Shown here in pieces: positions 22,444-32,487 of a DNA stretch of 56,240 nucleotides (positions are counted from its first letter, which is position 1; each line of letters opens with the position of its first letter). Below the pieces are notes generated by a model that was given only the letters and a program-made list of their open reading frames with translations, was not told the DNA's origin and ran no database searches. A program made the translations under genes and the position numbers. Source of the stretch: Tolypothrix carrinoi HA7290-LM1. Its GTDB lineage: Bacteria; Cyanobacteriota; Cyanobacteriia; Cyanobacteriales; Nostocaceae. The DNA lies in contig JAHHIK010000054.1 of assembly GCA_019358935.1 (NCBI GenBank), forward strand, positions 1 through 56,240, given 5' to 3'.

Positions 22444-24591
22444 TCAGCGCAGAGAGCGCTTAACTTCCCCCAAATCACTCTTCCAAGGAATTCTCACAGT
22501 AAAAGTAGTACCAACCCCCACTTTACTTTCTAGCTTAATACTACCACCGTGCAATTCCACACACTTTTTCACCACAGCTAGTCCTAAACCAGTCCCAGTC
22601 ACATCCCCAACATTTTCCCCTCTTTGAAAAGCTTGATAAAGTTGTTCCTCTTCTTCTTGACAAATTCCAATTCCTTGGTCTTGTATCTGAAAAATAGCTT
22701 GTCCTGACTCAGCCGCAAGTGTGAAAGAAATTTGGCTATCATCTGGAGAATACTTAATGGCATTATCAACCAAATTAGTCACAATCGAACGCAACATTCT
22801 TTCATCCATCCAAGCGATTCTTTGAGAACATTCGCTGACAAAAAGTATGTCTTTTTCAGCGCGAGTACTAAACTTAATTTCTTCTAATAACGAAAAGCAA
22901 AAATCTTCTACATCTAAAGGTTGCGGTCTAAATTCTAACTTACCAGCTTCCGCTCTCGTTAAAGTCAGAATATCTGTTAACAATTGTGTCATCGTTTTCG
23001 CCGAAGATTGAATTCGATGAAGATTTTTCAGCTTTTTCTCTTCCGACCATTCTTTATTAGAGTTCTCTAAAAGTTGTGCCGAAATTAAAATAGTACTTAA
23101 AGGAGTGCGAAACTCATGAGAAACCATTGAAAAGAAACGAATTTTTAGTTCATTTAATTCAAGTTCTTTTTCTAAATTTCGCTGAACTTCTTCCGCTCGC
23201 TTTCGTTCAGTTATATCTTGTGTAACTACAGCTCGACGATAGACTTTTCCTAACCTATTTTTAATCGGGAAACTGTGTTCCCAAACCCAGCGCACCGAAT
23301 CATCTGGACGCACAATGCGGTATTCAATTTCAAATTCTTTTTTAATGTTGTTCTCAAGGTTAGCAATCACACGAGATTTATCTTCTGGATGAACAGCATC
23401 TAGAAATGATTGGGGATTTATATACAAACTCTCACAACTGCGTCCCCAAATTTTTTCATAAGCCGGATTAACATATAAAACTATGTCGGCTTTAGCATCC
23501 CTCATCCAAAAAATTTCATGAATATTTTCGGCAATTTGACGAAACTTTTCTTCACTGGCAGCTAGCGCTGACTGTGCTTGCTTTTGTTGAGTAATATCGC
23601 GTGCTAATACTAATCTAGCAGGTCGTCCTTTAAATGTTAATTCGTGAGAGGTAATTTCTACATCAATTTCTGTTCCATCCCGCTTTTTGTGTCTCCTAGT
23701 TGCGAATCGCTTATCTGCCCAACGTAGCCCAGGAATTCTATTAAGAAGGGCTGGTACTTCTTCGGGTGGACGAATATCTTTAATTGTCATAGATAGAAAT
23801 TCGCTTTGTGAGTAGCCATACTGTTTGATAGCTACTTCATTAACAGCTAAAAAATTTAAGTTTTCTAAATCGTAAACCCATAAAGGATGAGGATTAACTT
23901 CAAATAAATTTCGGTATCGTTGTTGACTTTCTCGTAAAGTATCTTCTAATTGTTGACGAGTGCTAATTTGTCGATGTAATAATGAATAAACTATAAATAA
24001 TAGGGCAAAGCTAACCCAATAACCAGTTATTTTAGCTACAATTGTGAACCGAAAACTTGCATCGGAACGGGCTTGGTAATGCTGTACTAATGATTGTTCC
24101 TCTTTCTCCATTTCGCTAATCAGCTGCCAAATTTGGTCTTGAATTGTAATGCTTTTATCTGTAAAATATAATTGAATTGCTGTGTTAGATTTATCTCGGT
24201 TGTAAAAGTCAATAGACTGTTTGAGCAAACTTACTCTCTGGGCAATCAAAGGTTTGATAATATCTAGTCTCTGCTGCTGTGTGGGATTATTGGTAGTAGC
24301 GCGTTGAGCATCTGTTAATTTAGCTTCAATGCTTTGAATTGCCGTGTTGTATGTTTCTAAATAAGAATTGTTTCCGGTAGTAATGTAGCTGCGTCTAGCT
24401 TTTTCAGCATCTCGCACTGTAGTTAGCACATCTCTAACTTTTTGTATGACTTCGTAGGAATATTCTAATTGTCTTTCTCTAGCGAATAATTTTTCTGTAT
24501 TTTGATATGAAATAATGTTAACGATCGCAATAATCAGCACCGCCAATCCAAACCCGACAGCAATGATTTTTCTTTCCAATGACCATTTCAT
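22444..24591 (-). CDS. Membrane sensor histidine kinase (CHASE3-PAS-PAS-HisKA-HATPase)
   Basis: TM-CHASE3 (DAEKARRSYITTGN.SYLETY)-TM, two PAS, SHEFRTPL, NAIKYS, GTGLGL; ATG at 24591 (upstream frame is STRR). Confidence 0.9.
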   Translation of the reverse strand: MKWSLERKIIAVGFGLAVLIIAIVNIISYQNTEKLFARERQLEYSYEVIQKVRDVLTTVRDAEKARRSYITTGNNSYLETYNTAIQSIEAKLTDAQRATTNNPTQQQRLDIIKPLIAQRVSLLKQSIDFYNRDKSNTAIQLYFTDKSITIQDQIWQLISEMEKEEQSLVQHYQARSDASFRFTIVAKITGYWVSFALLFIVYSLLHRQISTRQQLEDTLRESQQRYRNLFEVNPHPLWVYDLENLNFLAVNEVAIKQYGYSQSEFLSMTIKDIRPPEEVPALLNRIPGLRWADKRFATRRHKKRDGTEIDVEITSHELTFKGRPARLVLARDITQQKQAQSALAASEEKFRQIAENIHEIFWMRDAKADIVLYVNPAYEKIWGRSCESLYINPQSFLDAVHPEDKSRVIANLENNIKKEFEIEYRIVRPDDSVRWVWEHSFPIKNRLGKVYRRAVVTQDITERKRAEEVQRNLEKELELNELKIRFFSMVSHEFRTPLSTILISAQLLENSNKEWSEEKKLKNLHRIQSSAKTMTQLLTDILTLTRAEAGKLEFRPQPLDVEDFCFSLLEEIKFSTRAEKDILFVSECSQRIAWMDERMLRSIVTNLVDNAIKYSPDDSQISFTLAAESGQAIFQIQDQGIGICQEEEEQLYQAFQRGENVGDVTGTGLGLAVVKKCVELHGGSIKLESKVGVGTTFTVRIPWKSDLGEVKRSLR

Positions 24592-24614
24592 ATGCAATGC
24601 TTGTATGGTAAAAA

Positions 24615-24818
24615 AATGGGGAATCGGTAATGGGTAATGGGTAATGGGTAATGGGAATGGGGAATGGAAAATGGAAAATGGGGAATGGAAAATGGAAAAT
24701 GGGGAATGGAAAATGGAAAATGGGGAATGGGGAATGGGGAATAGAAAAATAATTACCAATTACCACGTTCCCAATTACCACGTTCCCAATTACCACGTTC
24801 CCAATTACCACGTTCCCA
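24615..24818. repeat. STRR arrays plus a 15-mer (ATTACCACGTTCCCA)x3
   Basis: They fill the divergent kinase/regulator intergenic region. Confidence 0.88.
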
Positions 24819-24846
24819 TCTCTGTTAAAGTTATTTTGTAATTAAT

Positions 24847-25524
24847 ATGCGAATTCTACTTGTTGAAGACAATGCGCGTTTGGCGGAAGCGCTTTTAGAA
24901 GCTCTAACTGACCAATTGTATGTGGTAGATGTAGTCAAAGATGGGGAGTTCGCTTGGGATCAGGTTAAGGCGATCGCCTACGATTTGATTTTGTTAGATG
25001 TGATGCTTCCGAAACTAGATGGGATCAGTCTTTGTCAACGCTTACGTCACCACGGTTATTCTCTACCAATTTTGATGTTAACGGCTCGTGACACCAGTAC
25101 AGATAAAGTTAATGGCTTAGACGCCGGCGCGGATGACTATGTGGTTAAACCCTTTGATTTACAAGAGTTATTAGCTCGTATCCGCGCTTTATTGCGTCGG
25201 GGAAGTTCTGCTTCTCCACCTATTCTGACATGGGGGAAGTTGCTTCTCAATCCTAGTACCTACGAAGTCACCTATTTGGATGTGCCTTTGCAGCTAACCC
25301 CCAAAGAATTTAGTTTGTTGGAACTATTACTTCGCAATGGTCGTCGCGTCCTTAGTCGTGCTGTAATTATTGATAGCCTGTGGAAGAGTGAAAGTCCACC
25401 GGAAGAAGATACTGTTAAGGCTCATATTAAAAGTTTGCGTCATAAACTTAGAACTGTAGCCGCTCCGGAAGATTTCATCGAAACGGTTCATGGCTTGGGA
25501 TATCGTTTGAAGCAATTGTCTTGA
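24847..25524 (+). CDS. OmpR-family response regulator
   Basis: MRILLVED, LLDVMLP, GADDYVVKPF, winged helix LTPKEF...IETVHGLGY. Confidence 0.95.
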   Translation: MRILLVEDNARLAEALLEALTDQLYVVDVVKDGEFAWDQVKAIAYDLILLDVMLPKLDGISLCQRLRHHGYSLPILMLTARDTSTDKVNGLDAGADDYVVKPFDLQELLARIRALLRRGSSASPPILTWGKLLLNPSTYEVTYLDVPLQLTPKEFSLLELLLRNGRRVLSRAVIIDSLWKSESPPEEDTVKAHIKSLRHKLRTVAAPEDFIETVHGLGYRLKQLS

Positions 25525-25592
25525 AAATTGGGCATTGGGCATTGGGCATTGGGCATGGGGCATTGGGCATTGGGCATTGGGCATGGGGCATT

Positions 25593-25686
25593 GGGGAGGC
25601 AGTGCGTTGGGGAGGCAGTGCGTTGGACGGGTTTCCCGGCTTGAAGCACCTGCCGTCGGCTCCGCCGACTTGAAGCACCTGCCGTC
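25593..25686. mobile_element. Nested small dispersed hairpin repeat in STRR
   Basis: The reverse complement shows a 45-nt unit inserted in a near-identical unit at the same position as at 19421. Confidence 0.7.
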
Positions 25687-26001
25687 ATCGGCTAGAGAAA
25701 GTTTATTTTCATCGCTTTGTTGTATGATGGGTTTTTCTTGGGGATCGATCTGAAATTGGTAATAGCTGTTAACTATTACATTTTTTTTACATTATCAATC
25801 TTTGCTGACAGAAGTCAGCCTTTTTTATTTTTGAAAGTACTTGTAGAGCGCATTTGCAGGTATCTTCCCGATTTCTTCCCGATATTTTCTCCATATTTTC
25901 TCGATTCTTTCCTCAGCTTATATACTTCTGCGGTGTAACCTCAATATACAGTAACTATCATCACGAACGATTGATATAAGTGACACCCAGAGGTAAAGAT
26001 C

Positions 26002-26658
26002 ATGAGGAATTATGCTGATACACAGGAATTCATTCTAAGTCAAATTACACAAAAATCTTTTGAACGAGAAGATTTTAGTGGATGTGACTTGAGCGGAATC
26101 GACCTAAGGGCAGTTGACTTAAGTGGAATTAATTTGATAGGAGCAGATTTAAGTGGGGCAAATTTGAGTGGATCTGTGCTTGTTGGGGCAAATCTTAGCG
26201 GTGCAAATTTAAGCGGAGCCAATTTGCAGTCAGCTTATTTATATGAAGCTTCATTATGTGAGGCTAATTTGAAGAATGCTGATTTAACGCGAGCCAACTT
26301 GTGTGGTGCTTTTTTGTGGCGAGTAAATTTGACAAAAAGTAAGCTTTGGGGAGCATCGTTATGCGGTGCAGATTTGAGCGAAGCAAATTTGAATGAAGCT
26401 AACTTAATTGAAGCATCATTAATTGAAACAAACTTAATGAGAGCAAATTTAATCCAAGCCAAGCTATGTGGCGCGATTTTGCTCGAAGCTAATTTAAAGA
26501 AAGCCAATTTAACTAGTGCAGATTTAACATCAGCAAACTTAACCGAGGCAAACTTAAGTGGAGCCAACCTTTGGGAGGCAAACTTAATTCATGCCAAGCT
26601 ATGGGATACTATTATGCCTGATGGAACGATTCAATATCCTCAAATCATGTTTTGTTAA
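26002..26658 (+). CDS. fraF: Pentapeptide repeat protein (FraF-like)
   Basis: A(N/D)LxX repeats, MPDG end; convergent with fraE as in Anabaena; the symbol is assigned from synteny. Confidence 0.8.
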   Translation: MRNYADTQEFILSQITQKSFEREDFSGCDLSGIDLRAVDLSGINLIGADLSGANLSGSVLVGANLSGANLSGANLQSAYLYEASLCEANLKNADLTRANLCGAFLWRVNLTKSKLWGASLCGADLSEANLNEANLIEASLIETNLMRANLIQAKLCGAILLEANLKKANLTSADLTSANLTEANLSGANLWEANLIHAKLWDTIMPDGTIQYPQIMFC

Positions 26659-26730
26659 TGGGTGATGAAGTCATTAGTCATTTATTATTGTCGTATTTTG
26701 GACTCATAACTAATGACTAATAACTAATAA

Positions 26731-27510
26731 TTAAAACTCACGTTTGGAGAAGATGAAGATAGCGATCGCTAACAAAATGACGCTGTAAAGCAAGGCATAG
26801 CCAGCATTCGTAATTAGTGCCATTGAGTCAGGTAGCGCTGCAACACCATAAACAGCATCATTTTTTAAATCTAATCGAGATAAATCAGGCAAGAGGAGAT
26901 ACAAGCCTTGAGTCAGGCTTTCAATACTCTTGTTGTTTCCCAAACGACCAAGTTTTACTAAATCTTGAGTAATGTTCCCGATTAAATACACTGCAAATGT
27001 TAAAGCAGTCGCTAACAGGGAACTAGTAAACACACCTAAGGCAATAGCTACAGCGGTAATTAAGGCTAGTTGCAAGAATAAGAAAATGACAGCAATTAAA
27101 ATGCTTGCAGTGGAATGAGGAACATTTCCAAACTGCAAAAATGCTAGATAAATCGCCGTCATAGCTGCGATAAGTGCAGCTAGTACTGTTAATAACCCGA
27201 AATATTTACCAGTGATAAATTCACTGTGGCTGACTGGTTTGGTAATTAACACTAAAACAGTGCGTTTCTCAATTTCTTTGTTAACTAGTCCTGTACCCAC
27301 AAATATGGCAACAATTAAGCCGAGGATATTCATCACTGCCAGACCAAAGTCTAAAAACATTTTATCTTCTGTCGAAGCAGCAAATTCAGGAAGTAAGCGG
27401 ATGGCGACGGCGAGTATTACCGTATAAAAACCGATAATATAGAGAATGCGATCGCGTACCACTTCCCGAAACACATTCGTAGCTAGCACAAAAATTCTGC
27501 CCAAATTCAT
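26731..27510 (-). CDS. fraE: FraE, ABC-2 type permease-like filament integrity protein
   Basis: NVFREVVRDRILY, NKEIEKRTVLVLITKP, LLPDLSRLDLKN; third gene of fraCDE. Confidence 0.85.
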   Translation of the reverse strand: MNLGRIFVLATNVFREVVRDRILYIIGFYTVILAVAIRLLPEFAASTEDKMFLDFGLAVMNILGLIVAIFVGTGLVNKEIEKRTVLVLITKPVSHSEFITGKYFGLLTVLAALIAAMTAIYLAFLQFGNVPHSTASILIAVIFLFLQLALITAVAIALGVFTSSLLATALTFAVYLIGNITQDLVKLGRLGNNKSIESLTQGLYLLLPDLSRLDLKNDAVYGVAALPDSMALITNAGYALLYSVILLAIAIFIFSKREF

Positions 27511-27612
27511 CGCTATTCAGTTGTTAGTGGATAGTGGATAGTGGATAGTGGGAGCGTGGATAGTTGTTAGTGGTTAGTTGTTAGTGATTAGTTAACAAAA
27601 AGTATTACCGAA

Positions 27613-27820
27613 GAAAGGCAGAGGGCAGAGGGCAGAAGGCAGAAGGGAAGAATTTATTTTCGCTCTGCCAATATGGGTACAAGCCCCTAAATTTATTTAT
27701 GAAAAACAAAACAAGATGTATTTCGAGACGCGCAGCGCAAGAAATACGGCATCCAAATTAAATCCCCTAAATTTATTTATGGGGATTCCTTCTGCCCTCT
27801 GCCTTCTGCCTTCTGCCTTC
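27613..27820. mobile_element. Inverted-STRR-armed element
   Basis: (GGCAGAG/A)n left, (TCTGCCT/C)n right; core with CCCCTAAATTTATTTATG twice and hairpin ATCCCC...GGGGAT. Confidence 0.5.
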
Positions 27821-27905
27821 TTAATAACTTTCCCCCTTGTCCCCCTTGTCCCCCTTGTCCCCCTTGTCCCCCCTTGTCCCCCCTGTCCCCCCTGTCAAGA
27901 AAGTC

Positions 27906-28937
27906 CTATTGCTGCGCTGGAGGTGAGCCGGCAATAAATTTACTAACGCGATCGCATTCAATTTCTGCTACGGTGGCTTTATCTGGTTTGCTGACGTTGG
28001 CAATGCTTGAGTTTGCCCTGGCTGCGATTGGGTCAACCCGACAAGACTTTTTCAGGTAAAATCCGCGTGGGTTAGAACTCGGACCCGTCCAGATACTTAA
28101 CAAATCTAATGTATACCCAGATTTTGTATTAACTACACGCGGTCTAACAACCCACAATTCTTTCTCTTCATATTTTGCTAAATTTCTTTCTACGACTCGT
28201 CTACCCAAATTTCCTACTTGTTGATCCGCATTTATTAGCCATCTTTCCACTTGCGACCAAGGTCTTCCAGCTACTTGTTCTTCTACTAATGGCTGAAGTT
28301 TATCGAGAATCACCACGCCATTTGCCGGTATTTTCTCTGGGGATTCGGTTCTAATCACAAATGTACTTTGCTTAAAATTATCTGCCTGCAAACTCGGATA
28401 TTGTCTTAACCAATTATCCATAACAAAGTAAAACTGAATCCAGCAACTTAGTATCATACAACTGGCAACCATGACTATTAGTCTTTGGCGAATTTCTGGC
28501 TTAGGAATTTGTGTTTGCACATCAGTACCACTTCCTTCAAAAAATTCGGGAATTGCTGTAATTAATGCTGAAATCGTTGGCCAAAGCACGATTGTTCGTG
28601 GTGTAATTACATCTTCCCCTTGTCCAAAAGCAAAAACACTCACTAAAAATCCCGTTATTACTGCCCCTACTGGCATAAATGTACCGGGAATTCTTAAAGG
28701 ATCGTCAGTGGTATACCAAGATGTACCAGCAATTAAAAATAACCAGCCGAAAAATGAAATTATATCTTTTATATAACCTACAGCCAATGATGAGGCGAAC
28801 CAAGAAAAAATACTCAAATAAATTAATGTTTGCCAAGAGTAAGCTTTGGGCGGAACCAACAACCTTCTTACTCGCTCATAAACTCCTTCGAGAAATTTAA
28901 ATACGCCAAATAAATCTTTTAAAAACAAGAAATTCAT
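27906..28937 (-). CDS. fraD: FraD septal junction protein (DUF5357)
   Basis: PPKAYSWQTLIYLS, N-terminal TM helices and a periplasmic C-terminus; lies between fraC and fraE. Confidence 0.88.
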   Translation of the reverse strand: MNFLFLKDLFGVFKFLEGVYERVRRLLVPPKAYSWQTLIYLSIFSWFASSLAVGYIKDIISFFGWLFLIAGTSWYTTDDPLRIPGTFMPVGAVITGFLVSVFAFGQGEDVITPRTIVLWPTISALITAIPEFFEGSGTDVQTQIPKPEIRQRLIVMVASCMILSCWIQFYFVMDNWLRQYPSLQADNFKQSTFVIRTESPEKIPANGVVILDKLQPLVEEQVAGRPWSQVERWLINADQQVGNLGRRVVERNLAKYEEKELWVVRPRVVNTKSGYTLDLLSIWTGPSSNPRGFYLKKSCRVDPIAARANSSIANVSKPDKATVAEIECDRVSKFIAGSPPAQQ

Positions 28938-29092
28938 CTTTCACTCCTCTTAATTACTCTTTGATATTTACCTTTTACTTACTCTTTATTTATCATTTAA
29001 GGAAACAAGTAAATAAAATTGCTCTTGACTAGTTGATTTGTTTGACATTCAACATTTTTTAATTAATGAAATGATGTTTGATGCCAACAGAC

Positions 29093-29629
29093 TTATCTAG
29101 AGCGAATCAACAAAATTATGGCAATTGCACTATAACTAAGTGAATTTGCTATTAGTATAGTAGTCACTAAATTTGTATTTTGCAATTTAGCTTTGCTAGC
29201 ACGCCGGAAATTGCGACGTGGATATGGTTGAAGTTCTAATTCATTTTTGATTGGTTCAGCTAATGATAGCAAGACAAGCTTTAGTAGAAAGTATTTCAGC
29301 AAGAAAGTAGCGAAGAAAATTATAAAAGCAACCAAAATCATTAAGGACTGGACATTATTAGTCCGAAATTGATTAAAAAAGACATAATTGATGAGTTGTG
29401 ATTTTAAATTAACTGGTAAAACTGGCTCAATAAAGAAAAAAGTTATCCAACCAATCACAGCAGTAAATAGATTGATACAGATGGCATAAAAAATGCTAGT
29501 TTTTTTGTCAAATCTTAACCTAACATTCAAAACATATCCTTCTATGGGTATGGCTACCAATAAAAATAAAAAGTCAAACAAAATGGCACCAAGCGGAAAA
29601 GTTGTCGGAAGTTCAGGAAGTTCAAACAT
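29093..29629 (-). CDS. fraC: FraC filament integrity protein
   Basis: [23 protein letters not shown]...[11 protein letters not shown]...[13 protein letters not shown]. Confidence 0.9.
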   Translation of the reverse strand: MFELPELPTTFPLGAILFDFLFLLVAIPIEGYVLNVRLRFDKKTSIFYAICINLFTAVIGWITFFFIEPVLPVNLKSQLINYVFFNQFRTNNVQSLMILVAFIIFFATFLLKYFLLKLVLLSLAEPIKNELELQPYPRRNFRRASKAKLQNTNLVTTILIANSLSYSAIAIILLIRSR

Positions 29630-29915
29630 AAAAGGGTGAGCGCTAAGGGTTGACTTGAGAGAGTAAACTAGTGAGATTGAGAATGATGGGGAAAATTATC
29701 TCATTCTTCCAGTCTTTTACCATCTTTTTGTTCTTTTGGTTATGGCAAAAGCAAAACTTTACCAAATTGAGGCATGGGGCATGGGGAATGGGGCATGGGG
29801 CATCGGGCATGGGGCATAGGGCATAGGGCATGGGGCATGGAAAGAATCGTATTTATTCACTCACTCGCTTTCTTGAACTTCTTTAATTCCCAATGCCCAA
29901 TGCCCAATGCCCCAT

Positions 29916-30012
29916 GACGGCAGATGCGCGTCTGCCGGGAAACCCGGACGCGGCTACGCCTCAAGTCGGCAAAGCCGCCCACGGCGCTGGCGATCCAACG
30001 CACTGCCTCCCC
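29916..30012. mobile_element. Composite small dispersed repeat within (CCCAATG)n
   Basis: GACGGCAGATGC...CCAACGCACTGCCTCCCC ends, with additional internal inserts. Confidence 0.65.
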
Positions 30013-30129
30013 AATGCCCAATGCCCAATGCCCATTGCCCAATGCCCAATGCCCAATGCCCAATCCCTAGCCGATAGTGCAAAACGTTCGGTAAGATGAA
30101 ATACTGCCACGTTACAGCTTTTGGCTCTT

Positions 30130-31266
30130 ATGACAAGGAACGGCGTAGGTATTCGCACGGCACAAGTGCGTTCTCAACGGCTCACTGGTCAAATTCACGT
30201 TTATGATGGCGTGGGGAAAGGTAAATCCCAAGCTGCTTTAGGGGTGGTTTTGCGATCGATTGGCTTGGGGATAAATACACCCAGCAATTCCAACCGAGTT
30301 TTACTGCTGCGGTTTTTAAAGGGACCAGAACGTGATTATGACGAGGATGGGGCGATCGCAGCTTTACAGCGCGGTTTCCCTCATTTAATCGATCAAGTTC
30401 GCACAGGTCGTGCCGAATTTTTTGGTCACGACGAAATTACTGCTTTTGACCGAGATGAGGCAGCGCGGGGTTGGGATGTAGCGAAAGGGGCGATCGCCAG
30501 CGGTTTATATTCGGTTGTCGTTTTTGATGAAATTAACCCCGTTCTGGATTTGGGTTTGCTGGATGTGGATGAGGTGGTGCAAACTCTCAAAGCCAAACCC
30601 CAAGAGTTGGAAATTATTGCTACTGGACGCGCAGCACCGCAAAAGTTGCTCGACATTGCCGATCTGCACTCGGAAATGAAACCCCAACATCACCCAACCG
30701 CAAAAGCACTCTTCATTGAAGGTATTGAAATTTACACTGGTGCTGGCAAAGGTAAGTCTACCAGCGCTTTGGGTAAAGCGTTGAAAGCCATTGGTAGAGG
30801 TATCAATCATCCTGGCTCTACTCGCGTATTGATTATGCAGTGGCTTAAAGGTGGTAGTGGCTACACAGAAGATGCTGCGATCGCCGCTTTGCAACAGTCA
30901 TATCCAGAGGTGGTAGATCATCAACGCTGCGGACGAGATGCGATCGTCTGGCGCAATTCTCGACAAGAATTAGACTATTTGGAAGCCGAACGCGGTTGGG
31001 AAATCGCAAAATGTGCGATCGCTTCGGGACTCTATAAAACCATCATCCTTGATGAACTCAATCCCACCGTTGACTTGGAACTACTCACAGTTGAACCAAT
31101 TGTTCAAGCTTTGCTTCGTAAACCCCGCGATACAGAAGTTATTATCACCGGTCGCTGCCAAAATCAACCCGCATACTTTGACTTGGCGAGCGTTCACTCT
31201 GAGGTATACTGCCACAAACACTATGCCAATCAAGGCGTAGAACTCAAACGTGGGGTAGATTTTTAA
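30130..31266 (+). CDS. cobO: Cob(I)yrinic acid a,c-diamide adenosyltransferase (tandem CobO/BtuR domains)
   Basis: Two P-loop repeats YDGVGKGKSQAALG / YTGAGKGKSTSALG; DEINP/DELNP; TGR motifs. Confidence 0.88.
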   Translation: MTRNGVGIRTAQVRSQRLTGQIHVYDGVGKGKSQAALGVVLRSIGLGINTPSNSNRVLLLRFLKGPERDYDEDGAIAALQRGFPHLIDQVRTGRAEFFGHDEITAFDRDEAARGWDVAKGAIASGLYSVVVFDEINPVLDLGLLDVDEVVQTLKAKPQELEIIATGRAAPQKLLDIADLHSEMKPQHHPTAKALFIEGIEIYTGAGKGKSTSALGKALKAIGRGINHPGSTRVLIMQWLKGGSGYTEDAAIAALQQSYPEVVDHQRCGRDAIVWRNSRQELDYLEAERGWEIAKCAIASGLYKTIILDELNPTVDLELLTVEPIVQALLRKPRDTEVIITGRCQNQPAYFDLASVHSEVYCHKHYANQGVELKRGVDF

Positions 31267-31299
31267 ATTGGTTATTGGTTATTGGGAGCGTTGATAGTG

Positions 31300-31530
31300 G
31301 TTAGGAGTTAGGAGTTAGGAGTTAGGAGTTAGGAGTTAGGAGTTAGGAGTTAGGAGTTAGGAGTTAGGTAGAGACGTTCCACACCGAACGTCTGTACAAA
31401 AGGCGCGGAGTTAGGAGTTAGGAGAATAATCAGCAACTATCAACTATCAACTATCAACTATCAACTATCAACTATCAACTATCAACTATCAACCATCAAC
31501 CATCAACCATCAACCATCAACTATCAACTA
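31300..31530. repeat. STRR (GTTAGGA)n with an embedded GTAG palindrome, then (CTATCAA)n
   Basis: Direct reading of the tandem arrays. Confidence 0.9.
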
Positions 31531-31540
31531 ACAATTAACA

Positions 31541-31648
31541 ATGGACACTAATACACTCGACTTAATAACAGCAGGATTGGCGATCGCCTTACTTTTAGGC
31601 GGGTTTTTGATGATGTTTACTACCATCTTCACTACCAAACGCAAGTAA
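31541..31648 (+). CDS. Small single-TM protein (35 aa), not in the ORF track
   Basis: MDTNTLDLITAGLAIALLLGGFLMMFTTIFTTKRK: one hydrophobic helix with a basic tail. Confidence 0.6.
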   Translation: MDTNTLDLITAGLAIALLLGGFLMMFTTIFTTKRK

Positions 31649-31660
31649 TTTAGGCGTTTC

Positions 31661-32041
31661 TCATAATAATGTCTTGATTCTAGAAAGCAATTCTTCAAAA
31701 TCCACGGGTTTGCGAATAAAATCGTTTGCCCCGACTGATAATCCCTCGTTAATATCTACTTGATCGAATGCTGTAATCAACACTATAGGTATGTGAGATA
31801 GCTGTTGGTTTTGTCGAATTTGTTGCGTTACTTCACACCCGTTCATATCCGGCATCATCACATCCAGCAACACCAAATTCGCAGGGCAGTTTTGAAGAGC
31901 CGTCAATGCTGCTCTACCAGAATCAGCTGTCTCTACCTCATATCCCTCAGCTTCTAAAAGTGTTTGAAGCAAAAATAAATTATCTGGCAAATCATCTACA
32001 ACCAAGATACGACGGGAGTTAGAGGTTTTTATGTAATGCAT
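31661..32041 (-). CDS. Single-domain response regulator (CheY-like)
   Basis: RILVVDD, LLDVMMP, LITA, FIRKPVD; likely ATG at 32041. Confidence 0.9.
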   Translation of the reverse strand: MHYIKTSNSRRILVVDDLPDNLFLLQTLLEAEGYEVETADSGRAALTALQNCPANLVLLDVMMPDMNGCEVTQQIRQNQQLSHIPIVLITAFDQVDINEGLSVGANDFIRKPVDFEELLSRIKTLL

Positions 32042-32487
32042 TATAACTGGAGTTTTTTTTGTAGTGCAATACACATAATTTCTTCTTAAATAGTTAGTTA
32101 CACCATCCGTTAGATAGATTTTTAGAAAAAATGCCGAATTTGTTAGAAAAAATTCTGACAGTTTTGTGGTATAGGCAATATCTGAAGTCGGCTTGATTTG
32201 GAGAAGGCGATCGCTTCGGGCATGACCAATCAATACTTTTTATCCTTTTCCAGCATCCTCTAACAGATAATTTTTATCTACCTATAGATAGTGGCAAAAT
32301 TACTATTTTTAGGTTAAGCCACTATTATCATATAAAATTAAGCTGTTTACAACTTAATTTTACTTGCTACTAAAACTAAAGTATATATATAATTTTTTTG
32401 ATAAACTTGTATATTTCTAACAAGTATTTTTGCCAAAATTATTTCATTTACCAATTTTATTTATCAAAAAGGGCATCGAACTTGCTA

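Noticed and set aside
25930..25952. NtcA site upstream of the pentapeptide gene
   Set aside because: GTA and TAC are separated by 9 nt rather than the canonical 8.
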